DNA of 64,000 nt. It comes from a bacterium. Its GTDB lineage: Bacteria; UBA8248. The position numbers and the translations under genes are program-made. Below, piece after piece: positions 48,599 through 58,785 of this stretch. The stretch's first letter is position 1. Each line of letters opens with the position of its first letter. The stretch covers positions 2,947,093-3,011,092 of the forward strand of contig OZ251456.1 in assembly GCA_965242545.1 (NCBI GenBank), in the 5' to 3' direction. A model generated the notes under the pieces. That model did no database searches, was not told the DNA's origin, and saw only the letters and a list, made by a program, of their open reading frames with translations.

Positions 48599-48955
48599 AT
48601 GGAGACCGCCGCGAAAAAACCCAAGCTGGAAGTGACCGACAAGGCGGCGGCGAACGTGCGCCGCTTCGCGGAAGCGGAGGGAAAGCAGGGCCGCGTGCTT
48701 CGCGTCGGCGTGAAGGGCGGGGGTTGCTCCGGGCTTTCCTACGTGCTTCAGTTCGAGGGCGAGGAGCGCGTCAACCCGCTGATGGATGAAGTGATCGAGA
48801 AGGGCGACGTCCGCGTGGTCGTGGACAGGAAGAGTCTTCTTTTCCTGGCGGGCACCACGCTGGACTTCGAGGACGGGCTGATGGGACAGGGCTTTACGTT
48901 CAAGAACCCCAACGCGCGCCAGTCCTGCGGCTGCGGGGAAAGCTTCTCCGCCTGA
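48599..48955 (+). CDS. iscA: Fe-S cluster assembly protein IscA
   Basis: A-type carrier; 'GGCSGLSY' and C-terminal 'CGCGESF'. Confidence 0.9.
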   Translation: METAAKKPKLEVTDKAAANVRRFAEAEGKQGRVLRVGVKGGGCSGLSYVLQFEGEERVNPLMDEVIEKGDVRVVVDRKSLLFLAGTTLDFEDGLMGQGFTFKNPNARQSCGCGESFSA

Positions 48956-49060
48956 CGGAATCGGAACGCAGCGCGCCGCGCCCGGGTGCCCCGGGAGAGC
49001 GCCGCGTTTTTCTTTTGTTTTCATGGCGCCCGGCGTTCATCCGGGTCCCGGAATCGCGCG

Positions 49061-49690
49061 ATGAGCGAAGCGACGAAGAGCGAAGCCTTTTCCATTTTCG
49101 GCGAAGACGGCGGGATAGAGGCCATTCCCGCTGAAATCGACCATTTCGCCCTGCTGGGGCTCGAGCGGAAATTCGGCGTTGACGCCGGAGCGCTGGAGTC
49201 CACCTTCTACCGGCTGAACCGGAATCTTCACCCCGATTTTTTCATGGACGCGCCCGCCGCGGTTCGCATCAGAAGCCTGGAGGCGACCGCCCGCGTCAAC
49301 GCGGCGTATCAGACGCTCAGGGACCCGGCGGCGCGCGCGGCGTATCTGGTGGAGCTCGAAAGCGGCGCGCTCGAGGAGAACGACGCGAAGCCGCCCCCTG
49401 AATTGTTCGAGGAGATATTTGAGGCGCAGGAGACGGCGCAGGAGTTTCGGCTCCGCCCGGACGAAGAAGGGCGCGAGCGCCTGAGCGACGCCAGGGAATG
49501 CTTTCTGGCGTTTCGCCATGGCCAGCGCTCGGCGCTCGACGGCCTGGGAGCCGCCTGGGACGAGGCGGCGGACAGGGACGCGCCCGTGGCGTCCGAAATT
49601 CTGAGAAAAATGCGCGCCATTCTCGGAAACAGGAAATACGTGGAGAACACGATCAAGAGCCTGAACGACGCCCTGGAGCAGAGCGGGTGA
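49061..49690 (+). CDS. hscB: Co-chaperone HscB
   Basis: J-domain with 'HPD' (LHPDFF). Start at the internal ATG 49061 ([10 protein letters not shown]). Confidence 0.8.
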   Translation: MSEATKSEAFSIFGEDGGIEAIPAEIDHFALLGLERKFGVDAGALESTFYRLNRNLHPDFFMDAPAAVRIRSLEATARVNAAYQTLRDPAARAAYLVELESGALEENDAKPPPELFEEIFEAQETAQEFRLRPDEEGRERLSDARECFLAFRHGQRSALDGLGAAWDEAADRDAPVASEILRKMRAILGNRKYVENTIKSLNDALEQSG

Positions 49691-51522
49691 GCGATATCAT
49701 CGGAATCGACCTGGGCACCACGAACAGCCTGGTCGCCTCCGTCAGGGAGGGCGAGCCCGCGATTCTGGCCCCGGAGGGCGAGCGCGGCATCGTGCCCTCC
49801 GTGGTGAGCTTTCGCCCCGACCGCGTTCTGGTGGGCGACGAGGCGCGGGACGAGCGCGTCTCCAACAGCCGCAACACCGCCTTCTCCGTCAAGCGATTCA
49901 TGGGCAGGGGCTATGAGGACGTCAAGGAGGAGATGCGCCGCCTGCCCTTCGACGCGGACCCCGGGAAGAAGGAAGTCGTTCACGTCCTGGCCCAGGGGCG
50001 CTCCTACAGCGCGCCCGAGATCAGCGCGCTCGTGCTCAGGCGCCTGAAGGCGCGGGCGGAGAAGGCGCTGGGCCGTCCCGCGCTCAGGGCCGTCCTCACC
50101 GTTCCGGCGTATTTCAACGACGCCCAGCGCCAGGCGACGAAGGACGCGGGGAGGCTCGCGGGCCTTGAAGTGCTTCGCATCATCAACGAGCCCACGGCGG
50201 CTTCCCTCGCCTACGGGCTCCATGAGCGAAACCGCGGCGTCGTCGCGGTGTATGACCTGGGCGGCGGGACGTTCGACGTCTCGATCCTGCGAATCAAGGA
50301 GGGCGTGTTCGAGGTGCTCTCGACCGGCGGGGACACCCACCTGGGCGGCGATGACTTCGACCGCGCGATTTCCCTGCGCATCCGGGATGAGGTTCTCGAG
50401 CGGCGGGGCGTGGATCTGGGCGAGACCCCCGAGGCGATGGCCGAGCTCGCTGTTCTGGCGGAGCGCGTCAAGAAGACGCTCTCGGAGAGCGATTCGGCGG
50501 AATACGAGCTCGACGATCCGGGAGGCGTCCCGCTCGGCCACGAGGGGCGTCTCGCCCGCGAGGAGCTGGAGGCGCTGCTCGCGCCCATCGCCGAGCGGAC
50601 GCTGGCCCCCTGCCGGCGCGCGCTTGAGGACGCGGGCCTCTCGCCCGGGGAGGTGGACGAGGTCGTTCTGGTGGGCGGCTCCACCCGAATGCCCCTCGTC
50701 CGCCGGATGGTGGCGGATCTGTTCAAGAAGCAGCCCCACGCGGACATCGACCCCGACGAGGTGGTGGCGCTGGGCGCCGCGATTCAGGCGGACATCCTGG
50801 CGGGCGGCGTGAAGGACATGCTGCTGCTTGACGTGACGCCGCTTTCCCTGGGCATCGAGACCATGGGCGGCGCCATGGGGTGGATCATTCCCCGAAACAC
50901 CACCATCCCCGCGAGCGCGAAGGAGACCTACACCACGTTCAAGGACAACCAGACGGGCGTGGACATTCACGTGCTCCAGGGAGAGCGCGAACTGGTGAGG
51001 GACAACCGCTCGCTCGCTCGCTTTCGTCTGGCGATTGACCCCGCTCCGGCCGGCCTCGCGCGGGTGGAGGTGACGTTTCTGATCGACGCCAACGGCATCC
51101 TGAACGTGACGGCCCGCGACCTGCGGAGCGGCAAGGCGGCCTCGGTGGAAGTCCAGCCCTCCTACGGGCTGACGGACGAGCAGGTCGAGCGCATGCTGAT
51201 GGAATCCTTCGAGCACGCGGAGCGGGACGTCCACTCCCGACAGGTTCTGGACGCGAGGAACGAGGCGGAGACCATCCTCATGGCCACGGCGCGCGCTCTC
51301 GGCGACTATGGAGAAGGCGCCGTCTCTCCCGAGGAGCGGGCGGAAATCGACGAGGCGGTGAAAGCTCTGGAGGAGGCGCGCCGGGGGGAGGAGCCGGACC
51401 TGATTCGGGAGGGCGTCGACGCGCTCAACGCCGTCACGACGCCGCTCGCCGAGCGGATGATGGACAGCGTTCTGAAATCGGCTTTGGAGAACAAGAGGGT
51501 GAGCGAGGCCCTGAAGGACTGA
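49687..51522 (+). CDS. hscA: Fe-S cluster assembly chaperone HscA (Hsp70)
   Basis: '[14 protein letters not shown]', '[12 protein letters not shown]'. GTG start overlapping the hscB stop (GTGA). The track ORF begins at 49498 in an out-of-context extension. Confidence 0.9.
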   Translation: MSDIIGIDLGTTNSLVASVREGEPAILAPEGERGIVPSVVSFRPDRVLVGDEARDERVSNSRNTAFSVKRFMGRGYEDVKEEMRRLPFDADPGKKEVVHVLAQGRSYSAPEISALVLRRLKARAEKALGRPALRAVLTVPAYFNDAQRQATKDAGRLAGLEVLRIINEPTAASLAYGLHERNRGVVAVYDLGGGTFDVSILRIKEGVFEVLSTGGDTHLGGDDFDRAISLRIRDEVLERRGVDLGETPEAMAELAVLAERVKKTLSESDSAEYELDDPGGVPLGHEGRLAREELEALLAPIAERTLAPCRRALEDAGLSPGEVDEVVLVGGSTRMPLVRRMVADLFKKQPHADIDPDEVVALGAAIQADILAGGVKDMLLLDVTPLSLGIETMGGAMGWIIPRNTTIPASAKETYTTFKDNQTGVDIHVLQGERELVRDNRSLARFRLAIDPAPAGLARVEVTFLIDANGILNVTARDLRSGKAASVEVQPSYGLTDEQVERMLMESFEHAERDVHSRQVLDARNEAETILMATARALGDYGEGAVSPEERAEIDEAVKALEEARRGEEPDLIREGVDALNAVTTPLAERMMDSVLKSALENKRVSEALKD

Positions 51523-51558
51523 AACCCGCGGGAAGGCCGCGAAGCGCAGGGGAAAAAA

Positions 51559-51909
51559 ATGGTGAAGCTTCATTTTATCGACGAGAAGCAGACTATCGAC
51601 ATTCAGGTGGGCGAGAACATTCTCGAAGCGGCGCTCGAAAACGGCATGGATCTGGATCACGCCTGCGGCGGCGTCTGCGCCTGCTCAACGTGCCACGTGA
51701 AGATCCGGAGCGGCGCGGACTGCTTCAACGAGTCCACCGAGGACGAGGAGGATCAGCTCGACGACGCCCGAGACGTGGACCTCGACAGCCGCCTCGCCTG
51801 CCAGGCGACGCTGGAGCGGGAGACCGGAGAGGTCATTGAGGTGCAGGTGCCGTTCTGGAACGTGAACCTGGTGCAGGAGGGGCCGGACGCGGCCAGGGAG
51901 CAGGGCTAG
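51559..51909 (+). CDS. fdx: [2Fe-2S] ferredoxin Fdx of the isc system
   Basis: Cys ligands 'CGGVCACSTCH' and 'LACQ'. Confidence 0.9.
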   Translation: MVKLHFIDEKQTIDIQVGENILEAALENGMDLDHACGGVCACSTCHVKIRSGADCFNESTEDEEDQLDDARDVDLDSRLACQATLERETGEVIEVQVPFWNVNLVQEGPDAAREQG

Positions 51910-51933
51910 GGTCTCGCCTCAGGAGACGAACCC

Positions 51934-52152
51934 GTGGAGACGCTTGGCTGGGAAGACGCCGAGGACATCGGCATCGCGCTGCATGAGAAATTTCCGGAGA
52001 CAGACCCGCTCTCCGTTCGCTTCACCGATCTGCACGACTGGGTGTGCGGCCTGAAGGGGTTCGGGGACGCTCCGATGGCCTCGACCGAGGGAAAGCTCGA
52101 GGCCATCCAGATGGCGTGGCTCGAAGAATACAGGGACGGGCGGGGGGCCTGA
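51934..52152 (+). CDS. iscX: Fe-S assembly protein IscX
   Basis: 'DPLSVRFTDLHDWVCGLKGFGDAP' matches the IscX/YfhJ signature (…RFTDLHRWICEL…). Confidence 0.8.
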   Translation: METLGWEDAEDIGIALHEKFPETDPLSVRFTDLHDWVCGLKGFGDAPMASTEGKLEAIQMAWLEEYRDGRGA

Positions 52153-52233
52153 CATTTCCGCTCATCCGAAGCGGCGGGCGCGTCGGCGGTTTCGACCGAC
52201 CCGCTCCGGCCGGGCGGTTCGAGGCGATTTGAC

Positions 52234-53043
52234 GTGAGCGAACGGCGGCGCGCGGACGGAAAAATACGCCTTTCCCGAAAGGGCGCGGTGGCGACGATCA
52301 CGATTCACGCGCCCGAAAAAATGAACGCGATTGAATACGAGATGTGGGTGGAAATCGCCCGCGTCATGCCGGAGCTCGACGCGGACGCTTCGGTGCGCGC
52401 GGTCGTCTTTCGGGGGGCGGGCGAGCGCGCCTTTTCCGCGGGGGCGGACATCTCCCGCTTCAGGGAGGAGCGCTTCAGCTCCCGGCAGGCGAGACGCTAC
52501 GCGGAAGGCGGATTCCTGCGCGGACTGAACGCGGTGGACGCCTTCTCGAAGCCCGTCCTGTGCCTCATTCGCGGCGCCTGCGTGGGCGGGGGCGTGGAGC
52601 TCGCCGCCGCGACCGATCTGCGCATCGCCGGCGAGAGCTCCCGGTTCGGCGTGCCGGTGGCGAAGCTGGGCCTGGTGGCGGGCTACTCGGAGCTCCGGCG
52701 CTTCGTGCAGTCCATCGGGCCGGCGCGCACGCTGGACATGCTGCTGACGGCGCGGCTCTTCACGGCGCGGGAGATGCTCGAAGCGGGCTTTCTGGCGCGC
52801 GTCGTCCCGGACGCGGAGGTCGCCGACGTAGCGCGTGAAGCGGCGGAGCGCGTCGCTTCCCTGGCGCCCCTCGTCCACCGGTGGCACAAGGGATTCGTGA
52901 AGAAAATACTGGCGGACCCGGGCCTCTCCGGCCTGACGGAGGAAGAGAAGGCGCGCGAGTTCGCCTGCTTCGACACCGAAGACTTCCAGGAGGGCGTGGA
53001 CGCTTTTCTGGGCAAGCGCGCCCCCGAATTTCAGGGAAGATAA
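52234..53043 (+). CDS. Enoyl-CoA hydratase/isomerase (crotonase family)
   Basis: Oxyanion-hole region 'RAVVFRGAGERAFSAGADI' and 'CLIRGACVGGGVELAAATD'. GTG start. Confidence 0.8.
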   Translation: MSERRRADGKIRLSRKGAVATITIHAPEKMNAIEYEMWVEIARVMPELDADASVRAVVFRGAGERAFSAGADISRFREERFSSRQARRYAEGGFLRGLNAVDAFSKPVLCLIRGACVGGGVELAAATDLRIAGESSRFGVPVAKLGLVAGYSELRRFVQSIGPARTLDMLLTARLFTAREMLEAGFLARVVPDAEVADVAREAAERVASLAPLVHRWHKGFVKKILADPGLSGLTEEEKAREFACFDTEDFQEGVDAFLGKRAPEFQGR

Positions 53044-53048
53044 AAAGA

Positions 53049-54251
53049 ATGGGCTGGAGGACGGGCGGCCCGCTCGAGGGCGTGCGGGTGCTGGAGGTTT
53101 GCCAGGTCATGGCCGGGCCCTTCTGCGGGTGCCTGCTGGCGGACATGGGCGCGGACGTCGTCAAGGTGGAAAACCCCGAGGGCGGCGACAGCGCGCGCCG
53201 CCTGGGCCGCTACTTCGACGGCGGAGAGGCCCACGGCTTCATGAACCTGAACCGCAACAAGCGAAGCCTCGCGGTGAACATGAAGTCGCCCGCGGGCGTC
53301 GCGCTGATGAAGGATCTCGCCAGAAAGGCCGACGCGCTGGTGGAGAACATCCGGCCCGGCGCCATGGAGAGAATGGGCCTCGGCTACGAAGACCTCTCGA
53401 AGATCAACCCGGGCCTCGTCTACGCCTCCATCTCCGGCTACGGGAACACGGGGCCCTTCGCAGGCAAGGGCGGCTTCGACCTCGTTTCGCAGGGACTCTC
53501 CAGCCTCATGAGCTTCACGGGCGAGCCCGGCGGCGCGCCCGCGAAGATTCCCGTGCCGATATGCGATCTGAACGCCGGCATGTATGCGGCGCTCTCCGTT
53601 CTCTCCGCCTACGTCCATCGGCGGCGCACCGGCGCGGGACAGCGCGTCGACGTGGCGCTCACCGACGCCGGCCTGGGCTACGCCTTCTGGCAGGCGTCCC
53701 AGTTCTTCCCCTCGGGCGAGCCGCCCGCCCCGCTCGGCTCCGCCCACGAGATGACGGCGCCCTACCAGGCCTTCCGGTGCAGGGACGGCTATCTCGCGCT
53801 GGGCGCGGCCAACCAGAAAAACTGGGAGTCGTTCTGCCGGGTCATCGGGCGCGAGGATCTTCTCCGCCGCGAGGAATACGCCACGGACGGGTCGCGCCGC
53901 GAACATTACCTGAAGCTGGCCGGGGAGCTGGAGGAGACGTTCGCGCGAAAGACGCGCGGGGAGTGGGTGGCGCTGCTCGATTCCGGCGGCGTCCCCTGCG
54001 GCCCGATACTCGACATGGCGGAGACGTTCGCGCATCCCCAGATTCAGGCGCGGGAGATGAGCGTGGAGGTGAAGCATCCCAGGGCGGGGCGCACCCGGGT
54101 TCTCGGCTTTCCGCCCAAGCTCTCCCGGACGCCGGTGGGCGTGCGGACGCCGGCGCCGCTTCTGGGGGAGCATACCGACGAGGTGCTGCGCGATTTCGGA
54201 AAGAGCGGCGATGAGATAAGAAGCCTGCGGGACGCGGGCGTCGTGGCCTGA
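53049..54251 (+). CDS. CoA transferase, family III (CaiB/BaiF)
   Basis: 'GVRVLEVCQVMAGPFCGCLLADMGADVVKVE' N-terminus; catalytic Asp region 'VPICDLNAG'. Confidence 0.8.
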   Translation: MGWRTGGPLEGVRVLEVCQVMAGPFCGCLLADMGADVVKVENPEGGDSARRLGRYFDGGEAHGFMNLNRNKRSLAVNMKSPAGVALMKDLARKADALVENIRPGAMERMGLGYEDLSKINPGLVYASISGYGNTGPFAGKGGFDLVSQGLSSLMSFTGEPGGAPAKIPVPICDLNAGMYAALSVLSAYVHRRRTGAGQRVDVALTDAGLGYAFWQASQFFPSGEPPAPLGSAHEMTAPYQAFRCRDGYLALGAANQKNWESFCRVIGREDLLRREEYATDGSRREHYLKLAGELEETFARKTRGEWVALLDSGGVPCGPILDMAETFAHPQIQAREMSVEVKHPRAGRTRVLGFPPKLSRTPVGVRTPAPLLGEHTDEVLRDFGKSGDEIRSLRDAGVVA

Positions 54252-54255
54252 GCGC

Positions 54256-54966
54256 GTGGCCGAGCCGCCGCCCCTCCCGCCCGGCGTCTATCTGGTCGCC
54301 ACGCCCATCGGGAACCTGGAGGACCTCTCCGAGCGCGCCCGCAGAACGCTCGCCGAGTGCGACCTCGTGGCGTGCGAGGACACGCGCCGGACGGGCAGGC
54401 TGCTCTCCCGACTGGGGCTGAAAAAGCCGCTCCTGAGCTGTCACGAGCACAACGAGATCGAGCGCGCCGCCGCGCTGGCCAGGCGCGCGCTGAACGGGGC
54501 GCGCGTCGCCGTCGTGTCGGACGCCGGCACCCCGGGCGTCTCCGACCCCGCCTATCGGGTGGCGCGCGCCGCGATAGAGGCGGGCGTCGAGGTCGTCCCC
54601 GTTCCCGGCGCCTCCTCCGTTCTGGCCGCCCTGGTCGCCTCGGGGCTTCCCACCGACAGGTTCGTCTTCGAGGGGTTTCTTCCACCGAAAGGCCGCAAAA
54701 GGCTTGCGAGAATCGAGGCGCTCCTGGGCGAGGAGCGCACGGTCGTCCTGTTCGAGTCCCCGCGCAGAATCGGGAGGCTGGTCGCCGAAATCGCCGCCCT
54801 CTCGCCCGCCCGCCCTCTCGCGCTCGCGCGCGAGCTCACGAAGCTGCGCGAGGAGATTCTCAGAGGCGCGGCGCGCGAGCTGGACGAGAATCTGCGAGAC
54901 AGGAGAATCAAGGGCGAGTGCGTTCTGCTCATCGGGCCGAAGCGCATGGAGGAGGCGGACGCCTGA
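54256..54966 (+). CDS. rsmI: 16S rRNA (cytidine1402-2'-O)-methyltransferase RsmI
   Basis: 'LYLVATPIGNLEDLSERARRTL', 'VSDAGTPGVSDPAYRV'. GTG start. Confidence 0.85.
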   Translation: MAEPPPLPPGVYLVATPIGNLEDLSERARRTLAECDLVACEDTRRTGRLLSRLGLKKPLLSCHEHNEIERAAALARRALNGARVAVVSDAGTPGVSDPAYRVARAAIEAGVEVVPVPGASSVLAALVASGLPTDRFVFEGFLPPKGRKRLARIEALLGEERTVVLFESPRRIGRLVAEIAALSPARPLALARELTKLREEILRGAARELDENLRDRRIKGECVLLIGPKRMEEADA

Positions 54967-55040
54967 GCCGTCTTTTCTCCGGCTCGCGCGCGGCGCGGGG
55001 AGGACGTCCGAAAAGGGCCCCGTGATGAGCCGCCGCCCGC

Positions 55041-56348
55041 CTATCTCGGCTCCAGGCCGCGCTTTCGCATGTATTCGTGCAGCCACAGGGCGAGTCCCGT
55101 CGAGATGAACATGAAGACGATGATGGTCGTGAACGGGATGAGGTAGCTTTTCGCGTAGTCGAACATGAAGCCCGCGAACGGGGGACCGACGACGCCCCCC
55201 AGCCCGTAGCAAATCTCCATGAAGCCGATGATCACCCCGTAGGTTCGCCCCCCGAAGCAGTCGCCCGCCAGCGCGGAGTAGCAGGCGCTCATGCCGCCGA
55301 TGCCGACCCCGTAGACGAGCGCGAAAGCGTAGCCCGGCAGGACGCCTCCGCCGAGGCGCGGAATCAGGATGAGCAGCGCCAGGCCCGCCGCGACCACCAT
55401 CGCGGAGAGCGCCACCCCGCGCCCGCGCCCGATGATGTCCCCCACCCATCCTCCGCCGACGCTGCCCAGGGTGCGGATGAACCCGACCGCGCCGAAGATG
55501 ACGGCGGCGAAGGCGGTGCCGTATTCGATATCGACGAGATAGAGCTGGAGCTGGCTCATGATGGTGTTGTTGTTGAGGCCGATGGAGAACACCATCAGGA
55601 TGAGGCACCAGAAGCGGACGTCGCCCTTCACGGAGAGGAAGACCTCCCGCACCCCCTTGCCCTCGCCGCCGTCGCCGATGCCCGACCTCGCCAATTCCTC
55701 CGGGGTGCGCGGCGCCTCGCCGTCCGGTCCCTGGCCCACGTCCTCGGGCGCGTCGCGCAGGAGGAGGAACCCCGTCGGCGCGACGGCGCACAGCACGATC
55801 AGCCCGTAGATCAGGTAGGTGAAGCGCCAGCCGACGGAGGCGATCAGCCGCTCGATGAGGGGCGCCAGGACGAGGATGCCGATGCCGATGCCGGAGAGGG
55901 CGATTCCCGTGGCGCGGCCTCTTTTCCTGACGAACCACCTCGGGATGATGGCGCTGTGCGTGGAGAAGCCGCTCAGGGAGAGGCCGAAGCCGCCGAAGAG
56001 GCCGATGAGGAGATAGACGTGCCAGATCGAGCCGATGAAGAAGCACGCGATGAACGTCGCGCCCAGCAGGACGGAGCCCCAAGGCATCAGGGCGCGCGGC
56101 CCTTTTTTCTCCAGCAGCGACCCCGCCAGCGGCGAGCCCAGGGCGTAGACGGCCATGGAGAGGGAGAAGGCCCCGCTCAGCAGCCCGCGGCTCCAGCCGA
56201 ACTCCTCGATCAGGGGAACCTGGAAGATGCCGAAGGAGAACCGCGTGACGACGTGGAACGCCAGCGTCCCGAAAGAGAGCCAGACGATGAGCCAGCCGTA
56301 GTAGAACCGGGGCCGGCGGGCGGGGCTGCTTTCCGAAGACGTGGCCAT
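55041..56348 (-). CDS. MFS transporter (oxalate/formate antiporter-like)
   Basis: 12 predicted transmembrane helices, with a charged central loop. Confidence 0.8.
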   Translation of the reverse strand: MATSSESSPARRPRFYYGWLIVWLSFGTLAFHVVTRFSFGIFQVPLIEEFGWSRGLLSGAFSLSMAVYALGSPLAGSLLEKKGPRALMPWGSVLLGATFIACFFIGSIWHVYLLIGLFGGFGLSLSGFSTHSAIIPRWFVRKRGRATGIALSGIGIGILVLAPLIERLIASVGWRFTYLIYGLIVLCAVAPTGFLLLRDAPEDVGQGPDGEAPRTPEELARSGIGDGGEGKGVREVFLSVKGDVRFWCLILMVFSIGLNNNTIMSQLQLYLVDIEYGTAFAAVIFGAVGFIRTLGSVGGGWVGDIIGRGRGVALSAMVVAAGLALLILIPRLGGGVLPGYAFALVYGVGIGGMSACYSALAGDCFGGRTYGVIIGFMEICYGLGGVVGPPFAGFMFDYAKSYLIPFTTIIVFMFISTGLALWLHEYMRKRGLEPR

Positions 56349-56429
56349 TCGCTTCCTTGTCGCTGGGGAATCGCGGCTGTCCGGCGGGGATTATACACGC
56401 CGTCCCCGCCGCGGGCGAAGCCGCGGGCC

Positions 56430-57332
56430 TCACGCCTCCCAGAAGCGCAGCGCCGTCTCGAAATGGATGTCCACCGTGTCCTCGGGGTTCAGGGCGTATC
56501 CGCCCCCCAGGGCGCCCGCGACGGGCACGCCGCGCGAGAGGCACTCCCCGATGACGCATTCGTCGCGCCTCCTCAGTCCCTCCTTCGAGAGCTTGAGCGT
56601 TCCGAGCTGATCCCCGGAATAGGGGTCCGCCCCGGCCTGATAGAGCGCGAGATCGGGCCCGTGTCCGTCCAGTATTTCGGGGAGGCTCTTTTCCAGGCGG
56701 GGCAGGTATTCATCCTCCGTGGCGAGGTCGTAGAGGCCGATGTCGAGGTCGCCCTTCGTCTTTCGCGGGTAGATGTTCTCCTGGTGGATGGAGAACGTGA
56801 ACACGGCCGCGTCCCGCCGGAACAGGGCGGCGGTGCCGTTTCCCTGGTGGAGGTCGCAGTCGATCACCGCGGCCCTCGAAATGGCGCCCTCTTTTTGCAG
56901 AACCCGGATGGCGACCGCCAGGTCGTTCACGTAGCAGAAGCCCTCCGCCCGATCGGCGAAGGCGTGGTGAAACCCCCCGGTGAGGTTCAGGGCGCGGCCC
57001 CTTTCGAGCGCCTCGCGCGCGGCGAGGATGGTTCCGCCCGCCGCCAGGAAGGCGGCTTCGACGATTTCCTCGCTGATGGGGAGCTCGCTCGGCGCCGTGC
57101 GCGCGGTATGCGACGCCGAGAGCAGATCCGCCACGTATGCGGGGGCGTGGACGAGGCCGATTTCCTCCTGCGTGGCCGCGCGCGGCTCGAGGAAGGCGGC
57201 CTCGGGCAGCCCGGCCTCCCGGAGTCTGTCGCGGGTCTTGCGGGACTTTTCGGCCTGCAGGACGTGATCGCCGACGTCGGCGCAGTAGTTTTCGTGAAAA
57301 ATGAAGGCGCAGTGGTTCGGGGGTTTCCGCAT
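56430..57332 (-). CDS. Histone deacetylase-family protein (AcuC/HDAC-like)
   Basis: 'GFHHAFADRAEGFCYVNDLAVA', 'VIDCDLHQGNGT'. Confidence 0.8.
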   Translation of the reverse strand: MRKPPNHCAFIFHENYCADVGDHVLQAEKSRKTRDRLREAGLPEAAFLEPRAATQEEIGLVHAPAYVADLLSASHTARTAPSELPISEEIVEAAFLAAGGTILAAREALERGRALNLTGGFHHAFADRAEGFCYVNDLAVAIRVLQKEGAISRAAVIDCDLHQGNGTAALFRRDAAVFTFSIHQENIYPRKTKGDLDIGLYDLATEDEYLPRLEKSLPEILDGHGPDLALYQAGADPYSGDQLGTLKLSKEGLRRRDECVIGECLSRGVPVAGALGGGYALNPEDTVDIHFETALRFWEA

Positions 57333-57338
57333 CGGGGG

Positions 57339-58538
57339 CTAGATGACGCCCTTGTCTCTCAGCGCGGAGATGGCCGCCTCGTCGTATCCGATTCGTTCGA
57401 GCACCTCCCGCGTGTGCCTGCCCTTCGGGGGGCCCGCCCAGCGAATCTCGCCGGGCGATCCGTTGAGCCTGGGAATCACGTTCTGCATCCGCAAGGGGCC
57501 CAGCTCCTCGTCCTCCACGGTGATGATGGTCCCGCGCGCCCGCACGTGGGGGTCCGCCATGAGCTGGGCCACGTCGTAGATCGGCCCCAGGGCGCCCTCG
57601 CGCTCCTCGAAGTGGGCGATGGTCTCCTCGAGCGTGCGCTCGCCTATCCAGGCCTGGATGGCGTCGTCCAGCTCCTTCATGTTCGCCACCCGTCCCGCCT
57701 GGGTCCGCATCCGGGGGTCGTCGGCCAGGTCGGCGCGGCCCACGGCGCGCATGACGCGCTTGAAGATGCTCTCCGCGCTCGCGGATATCACGACGTAGCG
57801 GCCGTCCCTGCAGCGGTAGGCGTTTCGGGGCGCGGCGAAGGGTATGGCGTTTCCCGTGCGCGTCTGGACGATGCCCAGCTGATCGTATTCGAGCGGCTGG
57901 GGGCCCAGCACCGTGGTGATGGGCTCGTAGATGGCGATGTCGATCTCCTGGCCCGGCGCGCCGTGAACGTCGCGGTGGTAGAGCGCCATCATCACGGCGT
58001 AGGCGCCGCAAAGCGCGCTCATGCCGTCGGCCAGCGCGAAGGGCGGCAGCGTGGGCGGCCCGTCGGGAAAGCCCGTGATGTGCGCGAAGCCGCTCATCGC
58101 CTCCGCCAGCGTTCCGAAGCCGGGCCGCTGCGCGTAGGGGCCCTTCTGCCCGAAGCCGCTCGTTCGCGCGAGGATCAGCCTCGGGTTGAGCGCGTGGAGG
58201 CTCTCCCAGGAGAAGCCCCATTTCTCCATGGTGCCGGGGCGGAAGTTCTCCACCAGCACGTCCGCGCTCTCGCAGAGCCGGCGGACGATCTCCCGCCCCT
58301 CCGGCGCGGAGATGTCGCAGGTGATGGACTTCTTGTTCCGGCTCGCCAGCTTCCACCACAGCGAGACGCCGTTCTTCTGGGAGGCGAAGTTTCTGAGGGA
58401 GTCGCCGCGCGGATGCTCGACCTTGACGACTTCCGCCCCGAAGTCCGCCATGTAGGTGGCTATCCAGGGGCCGGCGAACAGGGTGCCGACGTCGATGACC
58501 CGCACGCCCTCGAGCGGCTTTTTTTTCGGTTCGCTCAC
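57339..58538 (-). CDS. CoA transferase, family III (CaiB/BaiF), second paralog
   Basis: 'GVRVIDVGTLFAGPWIATYMADFGAEVVKVE'. Forms an operon with the HDAC-like and MFS genes. Confidence 0.85.
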   Translation of the reverse strand: MSEPKKKPLEGVRVIDVGTLFAGPWIATYMADFGAEVVKVEHPRGDSLRNFASQKNGVSLWWKLASRNKKSITCDISAPEGREIVRRLCESADVLVENFRPGTMEKWGFSWESLHALNPRLILARTSGFGQKGPYAQRPGFGTLAEAMSGFAHITGFPDGPPTLPPFALADGMSALCGAYAVMMALYHRDVHGAPGQEIDIAIYEPITTVLGPQPLEYDQLGIVQTRTGNAIPFAAPRNAYRCRDGRYVVISASAESIFKRVMRAVGRADLADDPRMRTQAGRVANMKELDDAIQAWIGERTLEETIAHFEEREGALGPIYDVAQLMADPHVRARGTIITVEDEELGPLRMQNVIPRLNGSPGEIRWAGPPKGRHTREVLERIGYDEAAISALRDKGVI

Positions 58539-58785
58539 GGACGGGGGTTCCTCGTCTTCTCGGGCCCGACGCCGAGCGCGGCGTCGGGCGGATTCATGGA
58601 ATCGGCCTGGCGGATCGCCCGATGGTAGCAGAGGGCGAAGGCGGCTTCAACGATTCGGACGGCCTCCGTCGGCGCGCCCTCCGCTTCCCTTCCGCAATGG
58701 ACTTGCGCCCCGCATGTTGGGATAATTCCGCTCGTTGCAGTCGCCGCTTTTCTTTTTCGGATATCGCCGCTTGCGGAGGTTCTCC

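Noticed and set aside
49309-51660. 783-aa minus-strand ORF and other overlapping ORFs across hscA
   Set aside because: Antisense to hscA, a universally conserved Hsp70.
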